Shown here: in pieces, positions 17,253 through 31,016 of the stretch
Layout of the letters: each line of letters begins with the position of its first letter
Numbering within the stretch: the stretch's first letter is position 1
Assembly (NCBI GenBank): GCA_947462765.1
Contig: CANHQK010000001.1
Location: 10,580 to 74,579 of the forward strand
DNA from: Bdellovibrionales bacterium
Lineage (GTDB): Bacteria > Bdellovibrionota > UBA1018 > CAIMNF01
Direction: 5' to 3'
DNA: 64,000 bases
Notes under the pieces: model-generated
Told to the model about the DNA's origin: nothing
What the model saw: the letters and a program-made list of their open reading frames with translations, nothing else
Database searches by the model: none
Position numbers and translations under genes: made by a program

Positions 17253-19797
17253 AATCCGCGTCCGGGGTGCCCGGGTGCACAACCTCAGGAATGTCACCGT
17301 CAGGATCCCGCACGGATCCCTGACCGTGATCACCGGGCCCTCAGGTTCGGGAAAATCCTCTCTTGCCTTTGATACCATCCACGCCGAAGGCCAGAGGAGA
17401 TACATCGAGACTTTCTCGACCTATGCGCGGCAGTTTTTAGAACAGGTGGAAAAACCGGATGTGGACGAGCTGTCCGGACTTTCTCCAACCATCGCGATTC
17501 TGCAAAAGACCACCTCCCACAACCCGCGTTCGACCGTGGGGACTGCGACCGAGATCTACGATCACTTCCGCCTGCTTTACGCGAGGATTTCCACCGCGCA
17601 TTGTCCCGATTGCGGGGACCCGATCGAATCGCTTTCCACCCAGCAAATCGTCGAGATGCTCGCCAGTTGCACCGAAGGAACACGGCTCACACTGCTCGCT
17701 CCGATTGCGAGAGAGAAAAAGGGAGAGTTCCAGAAGGAATTCCTGAGTCTTAGGCAAAAGGGCTTTGCTCGAGTGAGAGTAGATGGCGAGATACGGGACC
17801 TTTCGGAGACGATCCGGCTTGAGAAGAACCTGAAACACACCATCGAGGTGCTCATCGATCGCATCATTGTCAAAAGGGGTGACGATGCTCTACAAAACCG
17901 TCTTTACGAAAGCGCCGAGCTGGGACTGAAGCTTGCCAAGGGATCCCTCGGATTGATCGAACAGGCCCCGGGAGGCAAGCCCGTCGAGCGCGTGCTCTCG
18001 CAGAACTTCGCCTGTTCCAAGTGCGACGTCTACCTGCCCGAGCCTGAACCCAGGATATTTTCATTCAACAGTCCGCTGGGTGCCTGTAAGCGTTGTGACG
18101 GAATCGGCTTCGAATCCTTCACGGAATCAAGCGAGCGCGAAGATGAGGCTGACGAGAACGTTTCGTATGACTATAAAGAACCGTGCCGCGATTGCGGCGG
18201 CGCACGCCTGTCGAAGGAGTCCCGCGCATTCAAGATCCGGGGGGTCGACCTCTCCGAACTGTGCTCAAGACCGATTGATGAACTGGATGAATTCCTTTCC
18301 GGTCTCGAGCTCGACGACCGCCAATTGAAGATCGCCGGGACGCTGATCAAAGAAACTCGTGAACGTGCCGGCTTCCTGACCCGAGTGGGGGTTGGCTATC
18401 TTTCTCTGGATCGACCGCTGTTTTCACTGTCCGGAGGGGAATCCCAAAGAATACGGCTCGCTTCCCAGCTCGGGAGCTCCCTGGTTGGCATCACCTACAT
18501 CCTCGATGAGCCGTCGATCGGGCTCCACCCCCGTGACAATCGCCTGCTGATTGAGAGTTTGAAACGCCTCAGAGACCTGGGCAATACGGTGATCGTGGTC
18601 GAACACGATGAGGAAACGATGCTCGAGAGCGATCATTTGATTGATATCGGTCCCGGAGCCGGGATCCATGGTGGCGCTGTCGTAGCAGAGGGCGTCCCGG
18701 GAGAGGTGATTTCGAATCAGTCTAGCATCACCGGGCAATATTTGGCCGGAAGACTCCGGGTGAACCCACCGGCCTCCCGACGTAAGCCAGAACCGAAACG
18801 CAGCCTCGAGCTTTCGAAGGTCAACCTCCACAATTTGAAGGATGTTTCTGTTTCAATCCCGATCGGACTCTTCACTTGTGTCACCGGCGTTTCAGGGAGC
18901 GGGAAAAGCTCCCTCATCATGGATACGCTTTACCCACTGCTTTTGAAGCATTTTCATGATTCCGATATTCCACCCATGTCGGCCAGGATCACCTCGGGAC
19001 TCAAGGATCTCGATAAGGTGATTCAAATCGATCAGAATCCGATCGGAAGAACCCCCCGCTCGAATCCGGCCACCTATACCGGAATATTCAGCCCCATTCG
19101 TAGCCTCTTTGCCCAATTGCCGGAATCCCAGCTCCGGGCCTTCACGCCCGGGCGTTTCTCATTTAACGTGAAGGGCGGCCGCTGCGACGAGTGTGAGGGA
19201 GACGGTGTGAAGCGCATTTCAATGAGCTTCATGGCAGACGCCCATGTTCCCTGTGAGACTTGCGGGGGTTCCCGCTTCAAGAGCGACACCCTCCGGGTTC
19301 GCTACAAGGGTAAGAGTATCGCAGAAGTTCTCGGCATGTCAGTGGAGGAAGCTCTCGGGTTTTTCGAGAACATTCCACAGGTGAGAGAAAAACTACAGGT
19401 ACTGAACGATGTCGGTCTGGGCTACCTCAAGCTCGGCCAATCGGCCACGACACTCTCGGGTGGAGAGGCTCAGCGAATCAAACTCGCCCGTGAGCTTTCG
19501 AAGCGATCGACAGGCAAGACACTCTACATCCTGGATGAGCCCTCGACCGGATTGCATTTCGACGACATCCGGAAACTGCTCGGCATCCTTCATCGTCTGG
19601 TCGAGCAGGGGAACACCGTGGTGGTGATCGAGCACAATCTCGACATCATCTGCTCCGCGGATCACCTGATCGACCTCGGACCCGAGGGTGGCAAGGCCGG
19701 CGGGAAAATCCTCGCTTCCGGAACACCTGAAAAACTCGCCAAGATGAAGGGGCCACGCATCGCACCGTTTTTGAGAACGAAACTCGGCCTCAAATGA
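17227..19797 (+). CDS. uvrA: Excinuclease ABC subunit A (UvrA), short form
   Basis: The ORF track starts at 17131. I prefer MANSEPDTEIRVRGARVHNL at 17227. Two Walker A motifs (GPSGSGKSS, GVSGSGKSS), two ABC signatures (LSGGESQR, LSGGEAQR), and zinc-module Cys pairs. Confidence 0.95.
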   Translation: MANSEPDTEIRVRGARVHNLRNVTVRIPHGSLTVITGPSGSGKSSLAFDTIHAEGQRRYIETFSTYARQFLEQVEKPDVDELSGLSPTIAILQKTTSHNPRSTVGTATEIYDHFRLLYARISTAHCPDCGDPIESLSTQQIVEMLASCTEGTRLTLLAPIAREKKGEFQKEFLSLRQKGFARVRVDGEIRDLSETIRLEKNLKHTIEVLIDRIIVKRGDDALQNRLYESAELGLKLAKGSLGLIEQAPGGKPVERVLSQNFACSKCDVYLPEPEPRIFSFNSPLGACKRCDGIGFESFTESSEREDEADENVSYDYKEPCRDCGGARLSKESRAFKIRGVDLSELCSRPIDELDEFLSGLELDDRQLKIAGTLIKETRERAGFLTRVGVGYLSLDRPLFSLSGGESQRIRLASQLGSSLVGITYILDEPSIGLHPRDNRLLIESLKRLRDLGNTVIVVEHDEETMLESDHLIDIGPGAGIHGGAVVAEGVPGEVISNQSSITGQYLAGRLRVNPPASRRKPEPKRSLELSKVNLHNLKDVSVSIPIGLFTCVTGVSGSGKSSLIMDTLYPLLLKHFHDSDIPPMSARITSGLKDLDKVIQIDQNPIGRTPRSNPATYTGIFSPIRSLFAQLPESQLRAFTPGRFSFNVKGGRCDECEGDGVKRISMSFMADAHVPCETCGGSRFKSDTLRVRYKGKSIAEVLGMSVEEALGFFENIPQVREKLQVLNDVGLGYLKLGQSATTLSGGEAQRIKLARELSKRSTGKTLYILDEPSTGLHFDDIRKLLGILHRLVEQGNTVVVIEHNLDIICSADHLIDLGPEGGKAGGKILASGTPEKLAKMKGPRIAPFLRTKLGLK

Positions 19798-19841
19798 AAA
19801 AGCCCCCGGGCACGGAATGTACCCGAGGGCTTTGATTTCTT
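19798..19841. terminator. Bidirectional rho-independent terminator between convergent uvrA and atpE
   Basis: AAAGCCCCCGGG (19798-19809) pairs with CCCGAGGGCTTT (19821-19832) with one mismatch and an 11-nt loop. The hairpin is flanked by an A-run upstream and GATTTCTTT downstream. Confidence 0.6.
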
Positions 19842-19851
19842 TCCGGCAAGA

Positions 19852-20178
19852 TTACTTGATCTTGAGGAACGCGATTACGAATGCGTACAGAACGAGCGAT
19901 TCGATGAGCGCGAGACCGATAATCATCGGAGTGAACACTTTGTCAGAAGCCGCAGGGTTGCGGGAGATGCCTTCCAGAGCGGAAGCGGCAGTCTTGCCTT
20001 GCCCCATAGCTCCACCGAGAGCTGCGAGACCGAGGCCGAGACCTGCGCCGAGACCGGCGAGATCCATTCCGCCAGTGGTGGCAGCCGCAGTTGCTGCCGC
20101 GTGGGCCGCTTCTTCTGCGAAAGCCGCGGTGCTCATGAACAATCCTGCTACTGCCATCATTACGCTTTTCACTTTCAT
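19852..20178 (-). CDS. atpE: F0F1 ATP synthase subunit c with an N-terminal signal-peptide-like extension
   Basis: 108 aa. The C-terminal ~70 aa form a typical c-subunit hairpin ([20 protein letters not shown]...RNP...[19 protein letters not shown]). The N-terminus is [23 protein letters not shown]. Confidence 0.9.
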   Translation of the reverse strand: MKVKSVMMAVAGLFMSTAAFAEEAAHAAATAAATTGGMDLAGLGAGLGLGLAALGGAMGQGKTAASALEGISRNPAASDKVFTPMIIGLALIESLVLYAFVIAFLKIK

Positions 20179-20229
20179 CTATCGTTTTCCTTTCATTGAG
20201 TTGATTGAGACGAAACCTTCATTATTGCT

Positions 20230-20940
20230 TCAGTGATCGTGGCTGGCTGATAACGAAATGTACACCATGGTCATCAGACAGAACACAAACGCTTGAACCA
20301 AAGCCACAAACAGACCGATCCCGTAAAAAATGAACGGGATGCCAATCGGCACGAGGTCGTTAAAAATTCCCAGTACGACGTGGTCGCCCATGATGTTCCC
20401 GCGCAGACGCAGCCCGAGGGAAATGGGACGGAACACATGTGATGCGATTTCGACAATCAACATCAATGGAGCGAGCCAAAGGATGGGGCCTGCAAAGTGC
20501 TTGAGGTAGGCGAGCCCGTTTTCACGCAAGCCGACATAATTGTAATAAAGAAACACGAACAAACCGAGAGCGAAGGTGGTGTTCAGGTTATCGGTCGGAG
20601 GAAGGAGTCCCGGAATCATTCCAATCAAATTCGAAAGGAAGATGAAGATGAACAGGGCTCCGACGATCGGAAAATACTTCTCAGCCCCGTGCTTGCCCAT
20701 GACATTGACGGCAAGCCCGTACAGCTTCTCGGCAAGGATCTCGAAAAGATTACGGAAAGTGAGGTTTCCATCGGGAATCAGACCTTCGTCGTCTCTCTTT
20801 TTAGCGGCGTTGAGTTGAACCTTTGCCATCCAGGCACCGATCAAGACCAGTACCGCGACCACCACTGCCATCAAAACGTGACCGTGTGCATGGACATCGA
20901 ATCCGGGTATCAAACTGAGCCAATTAAAGCCGTGTTCCAC
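20230..20940 (-). CDS. atpB: F0F1 ATP synthase subunit a
   Basis: 236 aa. Contains SLGLRLRGNIMGDH with the essential Arg, and the C-terminal helices FVALVQAFVFCLMTMVYI. Confidence 0.92.
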   Translation of the reverse strand: MEHGFNWLSLIPGFDVHAHGHVLMAVVVAVLVLIGAWMAKVQLNAAKKRDDEGLIPDGNLTFRNLFEILAEKLYGLAVNVMGKHGAEKYFPIVGALFIFIFLSNLIGMIPGLLPPTDNLNTTFALGLFVFLYYNYVGLRENGLAYLKHFAGPILWLAPLMLIVEIASHVFRPISLGLRLRGNIMGDHVVLGIFNDLVPIGIPFIFYGIGLFVALVQAFVFCLMTMVYISLSASHDH

Positions 20941-20952
20941 TGTAAATCCCCT

Positions 20953-21339
20953 TCACTGATGCTTTCGATCAATATTGCCGTACAAAACCGCTGAAATCAG
21001 GGGGCCGATACCCATGAATCCGATCCCGAAGAGGACGGCTTGATCCGGAGCATTTCTTAATCTTTTCAGCGTTATAGCCAAAAAGCCGAGACAAACCAAC
21101 TTAAAAGTGAGGAAAATCACGGCGCGAACGGCCTTGCTGCGGAGAGTCGGCGGAGGAAAGAACAGTGTCCAGAACAAGAGCACAAGAAAAAGCAAATCCG
21201 CGAGCGTGAGGAGGAAAACCTTCAAGAAAACGGCGCGTGCCACAGGTGAGGACGAGAACCAGCCCAAGCCGGAGACCAACCAAAAGAATGCCACACCGGA
21301 CAGAATTCTTAAGAAAAGCTTACTTTTTTCCGGATTCAT
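20953..21339 (-). CDS. AtpI-like small membrane protein (ATP synthase protein I candidate)
   Basis: 128 aa, 4 TM, immediately upstream of atpB. The assignment rests on position and topology only. Confidence 0.5.
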   Translation of the reverse strand: MNPEKSKLFLRILSGVAFFWLVSGLGWFSSSPVARAVFLKVFLLTLADLLFLVLLFWTLFFPPPTLRSKAVRAVIFLTFKLVCLGFLAITLKRLRNAPDQAVLFGIGFMGIGPLISAVLYGNIDRKHQ

Positions 21340-21550
21340 TCTTTTTCATCCGTTTTTGAATCAAAGCCACCCGATAGAATCCGACAATCAATCCGGCAAG
21401 TGCGGCAATGAATACGGCCAAGTTTCGGAACGACTGGTCCCGAAACAGCCAGTACACCCCGCCCGCCAGGACAGTCGGGGTCACCACCACTTCCGCGAGA
21501 ATCAGGGTGAACAACGCCAGCTGTTTGTAACGTTCATCCGGCTCGCTCAT
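21320..21550 (-). CDS. AtpZ/AtpR-like small 2-TM protein
   Basis: 76 aa, 2 TM, with a basic C-terminus (KRMKKNESGKK). It overlaps the AtpI-like gene. Positional assignment. Confidence 0.45.
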   Translation of the reverse strand: MSEPDERYKQLALFTLILAEVVVTPTVLAGGVYWLFRDQSFRNLAVFIAALAGLIVGFYRVALIQKRMKKNESGKK

Positions 21551-22401
21551 TTTCTTTTCTTTTTCATCCTTTCGCTCAGGCGGACCATGCGGATCTTGAT
21601 CACATTCGGTGCCGGATAGTCGTTCTCGATCGTTTTGAATAGATCATGAGCCTCTTCGAGCTTGTCCAACTCTTCCAGGGTCGACGCTTCGTTGAAGACC
21701 GCCTCGACAAAGACCCGGTGCTGGCGCCCCCGGGTCCTTGCCTTGAGATCCTGGAAAATCTTCAGCGCTTTCGAAAATGCGGCTCTTTCCTGGTCACCGA
21801 GCGCATACCAAGCGCTACCCAGGTCGGACATGGCCCTCGGTATCCAGGATGAGTTCGGGAATCTGGCCATCATTTTCTCGTACCATTCGATCGATTTCCG
21901 GATCCGGTGGAGGTGAAAGTGACTCCGGGCGACCCGGTAGTGAAAAAGAGCCTTGTCTTCTTCACGGAACCCGGGAGATTCGATCAGTTTTTCGTAGTGC
22001 TCGATGGCGCGTGCGTATTGATTCAACCTGGAGAAAAGGATCTCCCCCATTTCGAGCAGGGCTTGAGGTGCGAGTTCCGAGTTGGCCGCACGCTGGATAA
22101 AAAGCTCGAATCCCTTCAGAGCCTTCTGCGGCTCATTGAGAAACAAAGCCTGTGTCATGGAGGCGCGCCAGAGTGCCTGGAGTCCGATGGCGGATTCGGG
22201 TGACTCCTTGACCACCCTCTCGAACTCCGCCACTGCTGCCGGATAGTTTTTTTCGGACCAGAGCTTCTCGGCAGTCAGGTAATGGTTTGAAACGGACGAC
22301 TGTGCCGTACATCCGACCCAAACCAGAAGCACAGGTAGGAAAACACCCGAAAGACTCCTGGAAAATCGATCACTGGACCGTTTCTGTCGCAGTGCCATCA
22401 T
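21547..22401 (-). CDS. TPR-repeat lipoprotein (BamD/YbgF-like)
   Basis: 284 aa. Lipobox LLVWVGC, followed by repeated TPR-like helices ([44 protein letters not shown]). The start overlaps the gyrA 3' end by 32 nt. Confidence 0.6.
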   Translation of the reverse strand: MMALRQKRSSDRFSRSLSGVFLPVLLVWVGCTAQSSVSNHYLTAEKLWSEKNYPAAVAEFERVVKESPESAIGLQALWRASMTQALFLNEPQKALKGFELFIQRAANSELAPQALLEMGEILFSRLNQYARAIEHYEKLIESPGFREEDKALFHYRVARSHFHLHRIRKSIEWYEKMMARFPNSSWIPRAMSDLGSAWYALGDQERAAFSKALKIFQDLKARTRGRQHRVFVEAVFNEASTLEELDKLEEAHDLFKTIENDYPAPNVIKIRMVRLSERMKKKRK

Positions 22402-24844
22402 CCGGAATACTCTCCACGGCGACGACCTTCTCGTTGCCCTCCACGGTCATGAGCCTCACCCCTTGGGTGTTGCGGCTTTGTTCACTGATCTCACCGATGC
22501 GGATCCGGATCAGTTTACCCCTGCTCGAGAAGAGCATGAGATCATCACTCTGAGTGACCTGACGTGCAGACATCAGTTTTCCGGTCTTATCCGTCACTTT
22601 CAGGGTGATGATTCCTTTTCCGCCGCGGCTCTGAACACGATACTCCGAGACAGGAGTCCTCTTTCCGTATCCGCATTCCGAAACCACGAGAATTTCGTTC
22701 GAGCTGTCATTCGGATGGATCAGATCCATGCCCACCACGGTATCGCCATCTTCCAGCGACATACCGTAAACGCCATAAGCGGTCCGTCCCATCGGGCGGA
22801 CGTCTTTTTCGGCGAAACGGATACTCATCCCGTTGGCTGAAGTCATGAAGATCTCGTTTGTACCGTCCGAAATCCTTGCCCCGATAAGCGCATCGCCTTC
22901 CTCGATCGAAATGGCATTGATGCCTGTGGTCCTGACATTTTTATATTCAGACAGGGCTGTTTTCTTGACGATTCCGGACTTGGTCGCCATGACGAGGAAA
23001 TTGTTATCGTCGTAATCCTTGACCGGCAGGATCATCATGACTTTCTCGTCGGCTTGGAGGGTGAGCAAATTCACAATCGCCTTGCCCTTCGAGGTCCTGC
23101 TTCCTTCGGGAACTTTGTAGACCTTCACCACATGGAGACGCCCCTTGTCGGTGAGGCAGAACAATTGGCTCAAAGTGGTGGTACTGAAAATCTGGGTCAC
23201 AAAATCTTCGTCATCGGTGTTCATCCCGATGATTCCTTTTCCTCCCCTGCCCTGGGACTTGAACTGGCTCGGATCCTGGCGCTTGATGTAACCGCTCCGG
23301 GTGATACTCACCAAGGTGGGCTCATCGGTGATGAGCGACTCGATGTCGATTTCCGAGCTTTCATCGAAAGTGATCTGAGTGCGCCTTTCGTCTGCATAGG
23401 TCTCACGGATTTCCTGGAGTTCGCTACTGATGATTTCGTAGACACGGACCTCTCTCGAAAGAATATCCTTCAGGTCGGCGATGATTTTCAAAACCTCGTT
23501 GAACTCCTCGATGATTTTCTCGCGCTCGAGACCGGTGAGTCTCTGGAGCCTCATATCGAGAATCGCCTGGGCCTGGAGCTGACTGAACTGGAAACGGCTC
23601 ATCAAACCGAGAAGGGCTTCTGGCGCGTTGGCGCTTCCGCGAATCAGGGCGATCACTTCATCGAGGTTCTCGACGGCACGCTTGAGCCCCTCCAAGATGT
23701 GGAGCCTGGCCTCGGCCTTACGGAGATCAAACACGGTCCGGCGGATCACAACATCCTTCCGGTGTTCGATGAAAGCCTGGATCATGTCCCGGAGATTGAA
23801 AAGTTTGGGCTGATGATGGTCGATGGCCAGCAGCGCGATCCCGTAGCTGTCCTGGAGTTGGGTCATCTTGTAAAGGCGGTTCAACACAACGCTTGAGCTT
23901 TCGCCTTTTTTGATTTCGATCACGACCCGCATGCCGGTCCGGTCGGATTCGTCGCGGATGTCGGAGATTCCTTCCAACTTGTCCTCGTTCACCAGGTCGG
24001 CGATCCGTTCGATCAATTTGGCCTTGTTCACCTGGTAGGGAAGCTCGGTGACGATGATCCGCTCCCGGTCGTTCTTGAAGGTCTCAATCTCGGTCTTAGC
24101 CCGGATCGTGATCACCGCACGGCCCGTCTTGTAGGCCAATTTCAAGACGTTACCGCCGAAAACGATCCCGCCTGTCGGGAAGTCCGGCCCTTTCACGTAC
24201 TCCATCAATCCATCCACGTCCAAGGAAGGATTCTTGATCAGTGCAAGTGTGGCATCGACGATCTCACCCAGATTGTGGGGTGGGATGTTGGTCGCCATTC
24301 CAACCGCGATTCCTGTCGAGCCATTGACAAGAAGATTCGGGATCCGGGTTGGCAGAACCAAGGGTTCCTGCAGGGAGCCGTCATAGTTCGGTCCGAAGTC
24401 GACAGTCTCTTTTTCGAGGTCGGCGAGAATCTCGTCGGTGATCTTCTCCATACGGATTTCGGTGTAACGCATGGCCGCTGCCGAATCTCCGTCGATCGAT
24501 CCGAAGTTGCCCTGACCGTCGATCAATGGATAGCGTAATGAAAAATCCTGGGCCATCCGAACGATGGTGTCGTACACGGCACTGTCGCCATGAGGGTGGT
24601 ACTTACCGATGACATCACCGACGATACGCGCGGATTTTTTGTACGGCTTGTTCCAGACGTTCCCGAGGTCGTACATCGCATACAGTGCACGACGATGGAC
24701 AGGCTTGAGCCCGTCACGTACATCTGGAAGAGCGCGCCCGATGATCACGGACATCGCGTAATCGAGATACGCTCCGCGCATCTCCTCTTCGATATTCACC
24801 TGGACGATGGACTGGTTGTCAGACGGTGGATTAGATTGATCCAT
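22370..24844 (-). CDS. gyrA: DNA gyrase subunit A
   Basis: 824 aa. Contains [10 protein letters not shown] (catalytic Tyr), the HPHGD QRDR region, and C-terminal beta-pinwheel repeats with GRGGKG/SRGGKG. Confidence 0.97.
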   Translation of the reverse strand: MDQSNPPSDNQSIVQVNIEEEMRGAYLDYAMSVIIGRALPDVRDGLKPVHRRALYAMYDLGNVWNKPYKKSARIVGDVIGKYHPHGDSAVYDTIVRMAQDFSLRYPLIDGQGNFGSIDGDSAAAMRYTEIRMEKITDEILADLEKETVDFGPNYDGSLQEPLVLPTRIPNLLVNGSTGIAVGMATNIPPHNLGEIVDATLALIKNPSLDVDGLMEYVKGPDFPTGGIVFGGNVLKLAYKTGRAVITIRAKTEIETFKNDRERIIVTELPYQVNKAKLIERIADLVNEDKLEGISDIRDESDRTGMRVVIEIKKGESSSVVLNRLYKMTQLQDSYGIALLAIDHHQPKLFNLRDMIQAFIEHRKDVVIRRTVFDLRKAEARLHILEGLKRAVENLDEVIALIRGSANAPEALLGLMSRFQFSQLQAQAILDMRLQRLTGLEREKIIEEFNEVLKIIADLKDILSREVRVYEIISSELQEIRETYADERRTQITFDESSEIDIESLITDEPTLVSITRSGYIKRQDPSQFKSQGRGGKGIIGMNTDDEDFVTQIFSTTTLSQLFCLTDKGRLHVVKVYKVPEGSRTSKGKAIVNLLTLQADEKVMMILPVKDYDDNNFLVMATKSGIVKKTALSEYKNVRTTGINAISIEEGDALIGARISDGTNEIFMTSANGMSIRFAEKDVRPMGRTAYGVYGMSLEDGDTVVGMDLIHPNDSSNEILVVSECGYGKRTPVSEYRVQSRGGKGIITLKVTDKTGKLMSARQVTQSDDLMLFSSRGKLIRIRIGEISEQSRNTQGVRLMTVEGNEKVVAVESIPDDGTATETVQ

Positions 24845-24855
24845 ATTGCATCACC

Positions 24856-25866
24856 TTAAAAACGATAGACTGCGGATCCCCAAGTGAATCCGCTACCGAA
24901 AGCAGCCGAGGCCACCAGCATTCCGGGTTTGAGTTTTCCGGCACGGACCGCTTCATCCAGACCGATCGGGATCGTGGCGGCCGTGGTATTGGCATATTTT
25001 TGAATGGTGTTGAACACCTTGTGCTCGGGAATCCCGAATTGCTTGGCGATCATATCGTTGATCCGGAGGTTCGCCTGATGGAAGACGAAAAGGTCGACCT
25101 CCTCCATGGTGATTCCGTTTTGTTTGAATGCGGTTTCCAGGGCTTCGGGCATTCTCTTCACCGCATTCATGAACACGAGCTTTCCATTCATATGCGGATA
25201 ATGGAGCTTCTTTTCGAGGTCATCTCCCCCGATCCGGTCGGCCGAATTGGCGCTTCCGGGGGCTGCCACCCAAAGTTCCTCGGCAAAAGTTCCGTCGGCG
25301 TAAAGGTGGGTCGATAGCACATGGGGATCCTTCTTCGGATCCTTCACTTCGGTCGCGGTCATGACCACCGCCCCCGCACCGTCTCCGAAGAGTACGGCGA
25401 CATCGCGGCCATTATCATTCTTTTCGAGGCCCTTCGATTGGAGCTCAGCACCGACCACGAGGATATTCCGGTACATTCCTGTCCGGATGAATTGGTCGGC
25501 GATGGACATCGCATAGATGAACCCGGTGCACTGCTGGCGAACATCGAGAGCCGGAATTCCCGGCACGCCGAGTTTGCGTTGAAGAAAACAGGCTGTTCCG
25601 GGGAATTCATGATCCGGCGACAGGGTGGCCAGGATGATCATATCGAGCTGTGATTTGTCCATTTTCGCATTCTCGAGCGCCTTTTTCGAGGCTTCGAAAG
25701 CGAGTTCGGATGTGGATGAATCATCAGCGGCCCAATGACGCTGTTCAATCCCGGTTCTCTGACGGATCCATTCATCCGAAGTATCCATGATTCCCGCGAG
25801 ATCGTTGTTGGTGACAACCCGGGGTGGGACGTACATTCCGGTGGCGATGATCTTTGAACGTAGCAT
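24856..25866 (-). CDS. fabH: 3-oxoacyl-ACP synthase III (FabH-type KAS III)
   Basis: 336 aa. Motifs QQCTGFIYAM (active-site Cys), FHQANLRI and YANTTAATIPIGL. Confidence 0.88.
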   Translation of the reverse strand: MLRSKIIATGMYVPPRVVTNNDLAGIMDTSDEWIRQRTGIEQRHWAADDSSTSELAFEASKKALENAKMDKSQLDMIILATLSPDHEFPGTACFLQRKLGVPGIPALDVRQQCTGFIYAMSIADQFIRTGMYRNILVVGAELQSKGLEKNDNGRDVAVLFGDGAGAVVMTATEVKDPKKDPHVLSTHLYADGTFAEELWVAAPGSANSADRIGGDDLEKKLHYPHMNGKLVFMNAVKRMPEALETAFKQNGITMEEVDLFVFHQANLRINDMIAKQFGIPEHKVFNTIQKYANTTAATIPIGLDEAVRAGKLKPGMLVASAAFGSGFTWGSAVYRF

Positions 25867-25881
25867 GTTTCGAATCTCCTC

Positions 25882-29488
<3,607 letters not shown>

Positions 29489-29494
29489 AGAGGA

Positions 29495-30598
29495 CTAGAT
29501 CCTCATCGGCATGATCACGTAACAGTGATTTTTGTGACGTGCGGATTGAATGAGGCCGGGCTTGGTTTTGTCTTTGAAGTTGAATTCGATTTCGTCGTCA
29601 TTCATGACTTCGAGACAATCCAACATGTACTTGGCGTTGAATCCGATTTCGAACGAATCGCCCTGGTATTCAAGATTGATCTCGTCCCTCGCCTCACCCA
29701 TATCAGGATTGGAAGAAGCCACGGTCATCAGGCCGGGTTGGATATTCAGCTTCACACCCTTGCTCTTTTCATGGGCCATCAAGGATACTCTTTTCAGAGC
29801 TCCGAGCAGGTCATCGCGTTTCAGTCGTGCCGTTTTGTCCAGGTTTTGCGGAATGACCTGGCGATAATCCGGGTAATCGGCTTCGATCAGTCGGATAAAC
29901 AGGAAGGAGTTCTCGGTCTTGGCATAAAGGTAGCCCTTTTCGAATGACATCCCGATATTTTTTGTTCCCTGAATGAGCTTGTGAAGTTCAGTGAGCCCTT
30001 TTTTCGGAATGACCACTCCCCGCTTCAATTCAATCACTTTGTTGAACACTTCGTGATCGATATAGGACAAACGGTGTCCGTCGGTCGCAGTCATGCGGAT
30101 CAGGCCCTCTCCGAGCACTTCAAAATAAACCCCGTTCAGATGGTAACGGGTCGCATCGGTTGAAACCGCAAATTCCGTCTTGTCGATCATCTCGCCCAAG
30201 CGATCGGAATTGGCATAAACGTAATTCTTCTCTTCGAAATGTGGGAGGCCGGGAAAACCTTCTGCTGAGATGCTGACCACATTGAATCTGGCTTTGTTAC
30301 AATTGATCTCCACCCAGTGATTCGGTTTGAGATGGAAGTGCATCACCTGGTTCGGAAGCTCTTTGGTGATGTCCAGAATGTGTTTGGTCGAAAGGGTCAG
30401 TTTGCCCGTTTGTTCGACTTTCGCATCCAGACTCATCTGGATTCCGACTTCGAGATCCGTTCCACTGAGAATCAATTGATCTGTTCTCGCATCGAACAGA
30501 ATGTTTCCCAGAATTTCCATGGTGTGTTTCTTTTCAATGACGGAAGCGATTTTCTGGAGAGCTGATAAAAGTTGGTCTCGTTGAATACTGAACTTCAT
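29495..30598 (-). CDS. dnaN: DNA polymerase III beta sliding clamp
   Basis: The ORF track extends to 30667. I prefer the start MKFSIQRDQLLSALQKI at 30598, which is preceded by a GAGGTGGG Shine-Dalgarno sequence. Length is typical at 367 aa. Confidence 0.93.
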   Translation of the reverse strand: MKFSIQRDQLLSALQKIASVIEKKHTMEILGNILFDARTDQLILSGTDLEVGIQMSLDAKVEQTGKLTLSTKHILDITKELPNQVMHFHLKPNHWVEINCNKARFNVVSISAEGFPGLPHFEEKNYVYANSDRLGEMIDKTEFAVSTDATRYHLNGVYFEVLGEGLIRMTATDGHRLSYIDHEVFNKVIELKRGVVIPKKGLTELHKLIQGTKNIGMSFEKGYLYAKTENSFLFIRLIEADYPDYRQVIPQNLDKTARLKRDDLLGALKRVSLMAHEKSKGVKLNIQPGLMTVASSNPDMGEARDEINLEYQGDSFEIGFNAKYMLDCLEVMNDDEIEFNFKDKTKPGLIQSARHKNHCYVIMPMRI

Positions 30599-30681
30599 GA
30601 ATTCACCCACCTCGGATGAGGAAGAGTTCTCATAAAAAGACTTATATATAAAGATCATAGTCGTCATAGTGTTGTGAAGCG

Positions 30682-31016
30682 GGTGGAAAACCCGATAAAC
30701 ACCTGAAACAAATCATTAATTCTTATTTTTTGGCGTGGAGAACCCCCTGGGGACAAAAACTCGATTTTGGTGGAAAACCACCTGATCGGGACAAGCTTTC
30801 AAAAAAGGGGACTTTTCAACCCGTTCATCCACCAGGGTGAATTCAGACCAGGGGTCATTTTGTCCCAGGAATGAGCACCCCATGAATCCATCCACCAAAA
30901 TCATCCACCTGAGCGGTGAATACATGGTGAATCGATGGTGGAAAATAGGGGCACAGAAGGGCTGCGGTGGTGGAAAAAAATCTATCTATTTGAAAACAAT
31001 AGATATTTTTTCCACC
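30682..31016. other. Putative oriC core: cluster of eight DnaA-box-like 9-mers with AT-rich tracts
   Basis: GGTGGAAAA (the reverse complement of TTTTCCACC) occurs at 30682, 30769, 30937 and 30969. TTTTCCACC occurs at 31008, TCATCCACC at 30825 and 30901, and CCATCCACC at 30888. All lie in the 445-bp non-coding gap upstream of dnaN. AT-rich stretches lie at 30630-30660 and 30974-31012. Confidence 0.6.
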
